Positions 54,630 through 64,000 of a stretch of DNA of 64,000 bases are shown piece by piece; position 1 is the stretch's first letter; every line of letters begins with the position of its first letter. A program made the translations under genes and the position numbers. The notes below the pieces were generated by a model, which was not told where the DNA came from, did not search any database, and saw only the letters and a program-made list of their open reading frames with translations. Origin of the DNA: Eledone cirrhosa (Eukaryota); NCBI GenBank assembly GCA_964016885.1, contig OZ024745.1, positions 130,882,001-130,946,000 on the forward strand. Direction: 5' to 3'.

Positions 54630-56170
54630 ATACTTTGGGGTGTTAAAACATTGCTACTCTTGATACATCGAAAGCATTTGATAAGGTATGGCATGCTGGT
54701 TTTCTCCACAAGCTGAAGTCATATTGAATTTCTGGAAGGATCCTTAGGATTCGTGAATCTTTTTCTGGGTGAGCGTAGCAATTAACGGTTTATTAAATAG
54801 CCATCTTTCTTCTAATTAATATTATCACATCTGGTGTTGCTCGAGGTTTTTTACTTGCTCCAATCTTATTTTAGTTTTTACTAGCAGAATGGCCCGGCGT
54901 TGCTCGGGATTGTAAACATAGATTGGCATGTTTATCCCTCCTTTCTGAAACATTACAAAGAAGTACGGAATACCTCGGCCTCGGGATGGTGTCTACATTT
55001 TGTGCTTATAAAAAAAATTCGTCGTAGATTACCAGGGTTTATTCCGTGCGAAGAAAATCAATACTTTATCGCGAAATAAATACTTTTGTTTATATTTTGT
55101 TATTGTGTATGCAAAAATATCTGTACACGAATATATAATTATATATATATATATATATATTAAAATAACAGATTAAAGTTTAAGCAAAGAATTGCTGCTT
55201 TCACCCTTAACGAGATCTTCTGAAACTAAAAAAATCAATCTGTGAACGCAGAAGTAAATATTTCGAAAAACGTTACACACTATATATATACACACACACT
55301 ATATATACATATATACACACATATATATATCGCATCATAATGTCGTAATGCAGACAGCCAGACATACAGACAGATATTATAAGGGCGCAACGTTATATCT
55401 ATGTATCTATCTAAAAAGAAAGACTAACAATTATAGAGAGATCGCTAAATCGCCTAATGTGGTCCCTAGGGCATTGAAAATTTGAAATATCTTTTGCTCA
55501 AAACACTCACAGGACCATAGGCATTACATGTGTAAAGTTTGAAAACAATCGGTTGGGTGGTTCTCGATTTTTAGGGAGTCAGACAGACAGACATACATTC
55601 TCTGTTTTAGATATATAGATTAGTGATTTTCCGGGAGACATCATTTCTAACACTTCCTTGATTTCTTTCTTGAACTAGAAGTCTTTCTTTTATCAAAGGA
55701 ATATGGCTGAATCTCTTGAGTTGATTCCGCAAAACTGAGTTTCTTTCCATTATTTGATGATATGCCTATTTTTCCGTCCAATATTTTTATTCTTGAATCT
55801 TCTACTTTTCATTTATTAAGTTTAACCTTTTCTAAAGATCTTAAGATCTTACTTAGAATGATTGTATTAGATCTATTGGTAAATCCGTGGTTATGAAGGC
55901 TGATTCTTTACAGTGATTACGCCATTGCTTTTACTTTGAATGTATCCTACGTTTTTTATAAGCCACTTATTTACCTTTGTATAGAATACTGTTGCGACAT
56001 CTGAGATTGTGCATTTGCTGTTTTTTGTTATTTCTCTTCTTGGTTGAATTGAAAAGCGAGTTTTTAACATGATTGGTCATGTTTTAGTAGCTAAACTTCA
56101 ATACCAAGCTTCGTCGCGAGGACATTGCTTCTTTATTTCAAATCTATATTCTATAAATGCTTCCATTGTC
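54630..56170 (+). mobile_element. Old CR1/Jockey-group LINE reverse transcriptase relic, split by a Helitron
   Basis: LDTSKAFDKVWHAGFLHKLKSY*ISG and ITSGVARGFLLAPILF*FF|ISDFP, which resumes after the insertion. Confidence 0.8.
54881..55619 (-). mobile_element. Non-autonomous Helitron
   Basis: Minus strand starts A|TCTATATATCTAAAAC and ends with hairpin CCCGAGCAACGCCGGG then CTAG|T. No TSD; the host LINE frame is restored when it is removed. Confidence 0.85.
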
Positions 56171-56297
56171 GTCTTACGAAAGTTTCTTCGCTTTGTTCCT
56201 CTTAAGGTTGAAATAATAATAATGTTTTTAAATGTAAATACAGTTTAATAGAAAAAGAAAAACAAGAAAAATTTAATAGAAAAAAAATGTATCGAAT

Positions 56298-56722
56298 TGG
56301 TTAGAAACATTGGTAGTTTGGGCGAAATGTCTCGAGTTACGCAATATCTCAAGTTAGAAACATTGGTAGTTTAGGCGAAATGTCTCACAAGTCACTTAAT
56401 ATCTCAAGTTAGTTAGAAACATCGGTAGTTTAGGTGAGATGTCTCACAAGTTACGCAATATCTCAAGTTAATTAGAAACAGTGGTAGTTTAGGTTTTAAT
56501 GTCTTGAGTTACGCAATATCTCAAGTTAGTAAGAAATATTGGTAGTTTAGGCTAAATGTGTCGAGTTACGCAATATCTAAAGTTAGAAACAGTAGTAGTT
56601 TAGGCGAAATGTCTCATAACTGACGTAATATCTCAAGTTAGAAACAGTGGTAGTTTAGGCGAAATGTTTCGAGTTAAGCAATATCTCAAGTTAGAAACAA
56701 TGGTAGTTTAAGCAAAATGTCT
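56298..56722. repeat. Degenerate tandem repeat of about 51-59 bp, about 8 units
   Basis: Unit approximates GTTAGAAACATTGGTAGTTTAGGCGAAATGTCTCGAGTTACGCAATATCTCAA. Confidence 0.9.
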
Positions 56723-57143
56723 GGTAATATTTTGTTTTGCTTATTAATTTCAAATCCAAACCAATACTAAAATCGCCTTTTCATCCATCCGAGTTTCATA
56801 AAATAAACATCATATTTAAGCAGTTTATTCTATCAACGATATCCCGAGCCCTATAAATAGGAGGCCTCGTATTCACATAAAACATCAAATTTTTATAATG
56901 TCGAAACTGAAAATTCCGATAGTGTATCTGCATCTGAAAAACGTTGTACGTTTAGTTTGACAGATGTCGATGCATTGCCATTAAGGAAGACATTTATGCC
57001 TCATTGATGAGAATCGTAAATATTTACAGGGTCGATAAAATAAAGTACCAGTAATGTACTGGGGTAATTGCTGGCCTTGTGCCAAAAGTAGAAACAATTA
57101 TTATTATTATTAGCATCATCGTTCTTGTTATCATCACCATCAC

Positions 57144-57190
<47 letters not shown>

Positions 57191-57492
57191 CCATCATCAT
57201 CATCACCATCATCACCATCATCACCATCATCACCATCATCATCATCTATTATCTGACTATTGACTTGGTGATTATTATGGTTTCAGCAGCTTTAGGCTGA
57301 ATCAAACTGTCCAGTGGTGCCTAGCAACATAACTTGCACACACGGTGAATGTAATGGCGGAACACGTGAAACTGAAGAACGTCTAAAATAACTACTGAAA
57401 TATTCCAGTTAGTCAAGATAATCACTTGAAATACGGGTTGTACTGTCGCTTCTTTAATAGAAAAAAGGGCTCTTCTCTTTCACACACACATA

Positions 57493-57560
<68 letters not shown>

Positions 57561-57645
57561 CCCCCTCTCTCTCTCTATCTATCTATCTATCTCCCTCTCT
57601 ATCTCTATCTCTCTCTCTCTTTCTCTCTCTCTCTCTATTTATCTA

Positions 57646-57685
<40 letters not shown>

Positions 57686-57713
57686 TATCTTTCTATCTTT
57701 CTATCTCCCTCTT

Positions 57714-57744
<31 letters not shown>

Positions 57745-57787
57745 CTCTATCTCTCTATCTCTCTATCTATCTATCTATCTCCCCCCC

Positions 57788-57823
<36 letters not shown>

Positions 57824-58438
57824 ATTTATCTATCTATCTATCTATCTCTATCTCTCTCTCTCTCTCACTCTCTATCTTTCTATCTTTCTATCTCCCTCTT
57901 TCTCTCTCTCTCTATCTATCTATCTATCTCCCTCTCTCTCATTCCCCTCCCGCTCGCTCCCTCCCACTCTCTCTCACACACATATACATGGTGATGTTGG
58001 TGGTGGTGGTGGTGGTGGTGGTGGTGGTGGTGGCGATGTTGGTGTTGTTGGTGGTGTTGTTGTTGTTGGTGTTGGTGGTGGCGGTGGAGGTGGTGGTGGT
58101 GGTGGTAGTGGTGTTGGTGGTGGTGATGGTGGTGATAGTGGTGTTGGTGGTGGTGATGGTGGTGGTGATGATGGTGTTGGTGTTGTTTGTGGTGTTGGTG
58201 TTGTTGTTGGTGTTGTTGGTGGTGGTGGCGGTGGTGGTGGTGATGGTACCAGTGGTGGTGGTGGTGGTGTTGTTGGTGTTGGTGGTGGCGGTGGTGGTGG
58301 TAGCAGTGGTGGTGGTGTGTTCTTGATGTTGCTTTTATTGTCTTTAATGGGAGGAGGGGGTGGGGGTCTGTTGATTTTTGTTTCTTTTTTTGTTGTTTGT
58401 GTGTGTGTTTTCTTTCACACATTATTTCTTCGCTTTTT

Positions 58439-58627
58439 GGCGGTGGATTGGCAGTATCGGTAGAGGGTCGGACGCCATGCTTTGACGCATAGAGTTACGG
58501 CCTTGCCATTCTGAGTTCAAATCCCGTCGAGGTTTACTTTGCCTTTCATCCATACGGGGTCGATAAAATAAAGTACCAGTAATGCACTAGGTAATTGCTG
58601 GCCTTGTGCCTAAAGTAGAAACAATTA
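58439..58627 (+). mobile_element. SINE copy
   Basis: Consensus match. Confidence 0.85.
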
Positions 58628-58756
58628 TATATATATATATGTGCATATATAGATGTGTGTGAGTGTGTGTGTGTGTGCGCGCGTTCGTGTATATACATGG
58701 GTATATATAGAAATGCATACATATACATAAATACATAAATATACATACACATATAT

Positions 58757-58831
<75 letters not shown>

Positions 58832-58963
58832 GTCTCAGTGTGTTTGGCCTTTTAACGTACGTTATTGCTCTAGTTCACTAATTTCTATGGAGCGCTTGCC
58901 ACGCATCTCGGAAGTTGTTTTTCGCTAATTTCCAATAGCGGAAATGCAATGCGATTCTCGGTA

Positions 58964-59036
<73 letters not shown>

Positions 59037-59121
59037 GTTATACAGATATATATATATGCACATAGATATATATACATATATACACATATATATATACATA
59101 TATATATGTGTGTGTGTGTAC

Positions 59122-59179
<58 letters not shown>

Positions 59180-59336
59180 TGTTCGAAGCATGTGGGCCAG
59201 AGATTTTATTTTCTGTTTACTCCACATTTTAGTGTTTGTGTCTTTTCTGAGACACTAAACCTACCATGTTGTTTTGAAAATCTGACCGCAGGCTTTACAC
59301 ACAAACTTTGAAAAGAAACTATATCCTCGTGAACTA

Positions 59337-59380
<44 letters not shown>

Positions 59381-59387
<7 letters not shown>

Positions 59388-59682
59388 AAGAATGAAGAGT
59401 AAAATGGTTGGCTGTACAATAAGGTCTTTATTTCAAGTACTGACAATTGTTTCATTGATCAGGTGAGTCTAAAGGTCGTTAATCGCTTGAAATTGCGTCA
59501 CTCGATCTCCAATACATTATTTACCGCTGATCAACACATCAGAGTACGTAGATATAAAAGTAATTCACTCGAGGCAAGATTAGCGACCTCTAGACTCACC
59601 TGATCAATGAAACAATTGTCAGTACTTGAAATAAAACCCCTTATTGTACAGCCAACCATGTTACTCTTCATTCATTCACTAT
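59381..59682. mobile_element. Fold-back PLE-like pseudo-LTR insertion
   Basis: Inverted arms of about 100 bp with a roughly 90-nt spacer that carries the 5' half of the hammerhead; abuts (TA)n. Confidence 0.75.
59437..59547 (-). ncRNA. Type-I hammerhead with long stem II loop (core CUGAUGU variant)
   Basis: Minus strand: GTACT-CTGATGT-GTTGATCAG...about 60 nt...CTGATCAAT-GAAA-CAATTG-TC-AGTAC, then AATAAA. Confidence 0.72.
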
Positions 59683-59689
59683 TATTACT

Positions 59690-60416
59690 TCAAGTATAAC
59701 CTTCATAGGAATTACCGCCAACTGTGTACAACTTTGGACACCTAAGGCTTTTACAATTCCCAACCGAATTTGACCAAATTTTCTGTGCACGTTTGACCAA
59801 ATTTTCGACCCACGTTGAGCAATAAAAAATCGATAGCAAAATTATCGATAGCAAAATTATTTTTGCTAAAGTGCATGATGTAAGGGAGATAATAATGAAG
59901 ACAAAATCCTTATGGGATTTTCCAAGCAAATTAAAAGTTGCAATTACTTTTACATTTTTCGAGCTTTTTTTACGAAATATGAGGCAGGCATTGCCTATGC
60001 CGTCGAGGTAATACAAGAAGATTATTTTTTCTAAAGTGTGTGCTGTAAGGGAGAAATCAATCTAAAAACAATCCTAATGGGACTTTCCATTCAAACCGTT
60101 GGGACCTACAACTTTTACATTTTTAAGGTAATTTCGTCCACATATGAGGCAGGCATTATCTATGCTTCCGGGATATTGTGAATTTATTAAAAAAAACTAT
60201 TATTACAATGAAGAATTCAGTTAAAACAAAATTTCCCTTCATTATCAGCATAGTTTTATGTGTACAAAGATTACACTAAATATTCGTTTGCATTAATTAT
60301 TGAAGACTTCTGCTTATTTTGACAGGTTGGGGACAAATAATTTTCTTCTTTTACTTCCTAGCTGTATATTCTTAGCATAATTTCAAACCCTGGGCAACGC
60401 CGGGTAAATCTGCTAG
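59690..60416 (+). mobile_element. Helitron 3' portion (5' end not resolved)
   Basis: CCCTGGGCAACGCCGGG hairpin then GCTAG|T, as in the 54881 element; includes an internal diverged duplication of about 100 bp. Confidence 0.6.
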
Positions 60417-60702
60417 TATATGATATGTCTATATTTTAAATACACGTTTATAATGAAGTGTGTGCTTACACATGCGGTTACAATTTCAGTGTGTACGTAT
60501 GTGTACGTTCACGTGTGAATGTGTGTCTCTGTATGTGTGTGCACTTGTATGTGTGTGCACTTGTATGTGTGTGCACTTGTATGTGTGTGCACTTGTATTT
60601 GTTCATGTGTGTGTGTGCGTGTGTGTTTTATTTTCCGCCTCTATCGAAAACAACAATGATCTCGACCGAAATAGTGCTACAATTCTATAGTTGAAACCCG
60701 GG

Positions 60703-60750
<48 letters not shown>

Positions 60751-61732
60751 ACTCCCAAGAGAGAAAACGTTTGATAACAAAGATATATTTGAGATAGAAA
60801 ATTCTTGATAATAATTTCTTACGGGCGAGATAGTTTCCTATTTCCTAATCCACCATCTTTATCATCACTATAACCACTGCCGGCACCACCACCACCACCA
60901 ACACAATCACCATCACCATCTTCATTATCATCAATATTATTATCTTTTCCTCAATCATCATCATCATCATCATTATGATTATCATCAACAACATCCTCAT
61001 ATTAGAAAAATGTATTTCTTTTCGATGTTATCTTTATTTTCTCCTGCCAATATTTTTTTTTAGATTAAAATATACATATGCACGTGTATGCACGCGTGAG
61101 TGTGTGCATGTGTGTGTATGTGCATGTGTGAACACGCGTGTGTGTGTATATATGTGTATATGTGTGTTTTTGTGTATGTGTTAGTGTAAACTGTTATACT
61201 CCCATATCTATATGTATGGCTGATTCTTGTATAGATGGGTCTGTGTGAGTGTTTTACTATATTTGTGAGTGATTATATGTTTTTATTGTGTGTGTGAATT
61301 AGTCTATCAAGCAAAACGGATTATATGGTGAAAATATTAAGTTTAAAACGATTAATTAACTAATACGAAAAGATACTCAAAAACTAGCTCTCATTTCATT
61401 GAAAATTAGACATCTACCGTAAATGCTTAATCTCCCGGACAACACTGTTTCTAGTAATCAAATATACACAAACCGTGTAATGAGGACTTCTTATCAGTTG
61501 TCTAAAGCTGTTTATATATGCTACGAGTGGATGGAACTATCCAAAACAACCACGCGAATAGTTTACCAAACAAAAAGTTTTTCATGCACTTAACGTTTTG
61601 ACACATTGATCGCAGTTACATCTTCTAACTATTCTTTTGATACATAGATTTCTTGAGGTTAAGAAAGAATTCGAAGTGTCGTGTCGAAATACTCTATATA
61701 TAGTGTGTGTGTACATAAATATATGTATGTAT

Positions 61733-62320
61733 GTTGGGTCACTCTTGAGTGCTACTGGTAACATGTAACCCTGTACAACCTGTCGCATGGTCGGCATCCC
61801 CACCAAGTTTACTTGGTGAGGAGGGTGATTTGGGGCACGCTGCAGGGCAAAAGACAAAACCTGACAAAGGGAGGAAAAACTTATAAGAGTCAACGGCCAT
61901 CCAAAAATGTGTAAATATGTAAGTACATGTGTATATATGTATGTATGTATATATGTGCATGTATATGCGCGGCGACAAAGAAATAATCGGGCTAGATACC
62001 CGATCGCGCGGTTAAACCACTGGGAGTGAAGGACCCCTAGCCCTTGTCAGGGCATTCTATTATGAGAAAGCAACTCAGGAAACTGGGATAACTCCGATAT
62101 AAAACCTGCAGCTCAGTAGTAACCGATGATGTTGGTCTTTTCTTCTTTTCGGGTTATAGCTACTGTCGCTCAGTGAATGGGATTGGCTCAGTGCACAGTG
62201 TTTCCTCACTTTAAAAAATATCTTCACGCACAGGCATTGCACGATAGAATTAATTAATAATTATTAATAATGGTATATTATGCAATGGCCATACTCGATA
62301 ACGAGGGGCAGCCATCATGT
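61733..62320 (+). mobile_element. Diverged full-length relative of the 8784-9378 element
   Basis: Same 5' block (GTGCTACTGGTAACATGTA...) and 3' block (GGCCATACTCGATAACGAG...CAGCCATCATGTA), with TATG repeats at both ends. Confidence 0.7.
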
Positions 62321-62446
62321 ATATATGTATGTATGTGTCAGGTCACCAGTTGGTGCTACTATGGGTGGTTGTTGTTGTCCATTGGTCATTGGTACGGGGT
62401 GTAGGGGACCTACAGGGGGGGCGTTATGGGAGGCCTTAACCGGGGT

Positions 62447-63689
62447 TTATCCATATAGCTTGAGGAAAGTTCCCGTCCTTAGGTGTCTGCAAGCACAGAA
62501 TAAGTCGGCCCTTCTGTTTAATAGCTTGGTTCCGCCATGTAGTATCTCGAGTATCTCACTAAGACAGAGGTAGCAAATACCAGATCCGCATCTGTCTGGG
62601 GGAACCTTTCTAACCACGGACCAGACCAGAGAGTGCGGGGTCTTTTCAAGTTTGAGCTTCCAGATCAATTCTGAAAGAGCCGTACATTTCCTCTTATATA
62701 TTCTGTTAAAGGAATGGCGATGGTTATACCACCTATATTTGAAGCTCGTCGCTGTGGATGCTATGTAGTGGTGCTCCGAGTTATGGGTTGTGACCTTGCA
62801 CCTGTAGACTACGTTTTTCGTCATGCGTTCATTACTAAGGGGCCATAGTGATGGGTCTCTGCAATTACATGACTTCTTAAGCTCCACCATATGTACCGCG
62901 TGGTTACCATCACTCGGGGTTGGCTGGGTAGCCTCCGCAATCAGCACAGGGTCGTTGGGTTCCAGTGTGCTAGTTGAGCCTGTCCGGGTTCTGGTGCGTC
63001 CCGCGTGCAGGTTCAGTTGGGTAGCTCCGGGGTTTACGGTGGTATTAGAGGCAGTGAGCCTATTCCTATTTATGCCAGCTGTGTGCTGGGCTACGGAGCG
63101 TGGGGTTGAGTAGGAAAGTTTCACCGTGTGTCTGTTGAATATTTTATGGTACTTGTGGGTCCTAGGGAAACATTTATCCAGTACTCTAAAGAATGTTCTA
63201 TCCAGGCTGGTACGTAGACCCACCGAGTACTGAGGGTTATACCATGTGACCTTCCTGGTCCTATTCTTGCTGGGTTGTTGGGTGTCCGCCGTGGGCCATC
63301 GCGTGGTTGTACACAGCTCAGGTCTAGCTCGGTTGGTGTCACTCAGGTGTGCGGAGCGGTCACTATCATGAGGGTTATATGGGCCCACCGTGGGGCTATA
63401 AACCTGCAAGGTGTGGCCTCCCTGCTCAATTAGGGTTCGGCGGGTGGTGGGGCTGGTGCAGGGGTGCCTATGCTCCGCAGCACAGTAGTCTTCAGCGTTG
63501 TAGGTATTAGACCGGTGGGGTATGCGGGATCTTCTACCAGGGGTGGTGACGGATAGGGGTCTGGGAGTGTTACTACTGGTCACCGAGGTATTAGGTGGGC
63601 GACTCATGCCCCTGAGGGTATTGGTCCGGGGTACCCTTGGGTCATCTCGATCATGTCCCTTAGGGTTGTAGCTGATTCTATGGCTGTGG
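62447..63689 (-). pseudogene. Penelope-like retroelement ORF, C-terminal part: post-RT region plus GIY-YIG endonuclease, 5'-truncated at (TA)n
   Basis: Open frame of about 414 codons containing RKVTWYNPQYS...FFRVLDKCFP...KIFNRHTVKLSYS, then CNC...NVVYRC...YIASTATSFKYRWYNH...TALSELIWKLK...W...CYLCLSE...LLN...CRH. This is the motif set of PLE C-terminal GIY-YIG domains. The RT core is absent, YIG is changed to YIA, and some Cys appear lost. The N-terminal part of the supplied 457-aa ORF is (TA)n read-through. Confidence 0.88.
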
Positions 63690-63746
63690 GATATATATAT
63701 ATATATAGCTGGCATAAATAGGAATAGGCACACTGCCTCTAATACC

Positions 63747-63807
<61 letters not shown>

Positions 63808-63808
<1 letters not shown>

Positions 63809-63899
63809 TAAAATTTTCACTCCAACTAATTAGTTTCTGTAATGGGATAAAGATAGTTACGTAACGTAACGTAACTGTCGAGAATTCATTACGTCATCA
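63808..63899 (-). ncRNA. 5'-truncated hammerhead motif between two (TA)n tracts
   Basis: Minus strand: (TA)n-TGATGA-CGTAATG...CATTACA-GAAA-CTAATTAG-TT. Stem III palindrome is ACTAATTAGT. The first C of the core and the 5' strand of stem I are replaced by (TA)n. Confidence 0.6.
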
Positions 63900-64000
63900 T
63901 ATATACATATACATATATATATATACTGTATATATATATACTGTATGTATGTATATATATATAAATATTGTATGTATGTATATATATATATATACATATA

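Noticed and set aside
63690-63820. N-terminus of the supplied 457-aa ORF
   Set aside because: It is read-through of (TA)n tracts and an inverted fragment; the true start and RT domain are missing.

Overview
This is AT-rich, non-genic animal DNA, most consistent with an octopus genome judged from its SINE families (recalled, not searched). It is saturated with microsatellites ((TA)n, (TG)n, (TATG)n, (GAA)n, (GGT)n), and nearly all supplied ORFs are microsatellite artefacts. I see no intact host gene. Recognisable elements are about 30 copies of one tRNA-derived SINE, CORE-like SINEs, RTE, CR1/Jockey-like and R4/Dong-like LINE relics, non-autonomous Helitrons, MITEs, several minisatellites and one Penelope-like GIY-YIG ORF fragment (62447-63689, minus). 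The main signal is about 15 type-I hammerhead ribozyme motifs (CUGANGA...GAAA-palindrome-UH), from several sequence families. They sit in short elements inserted in or next to microsatellites, mostly (TA)n. Many of these elements are fold-backs with a hammerhead on each strand. Stem II differs widely between copies but keeps its pairing. They are best read as Penelope-like pseudo-LTR ends or non-autonomous derivatives. All structures were folded by eye and repeat boundaries are approximate.
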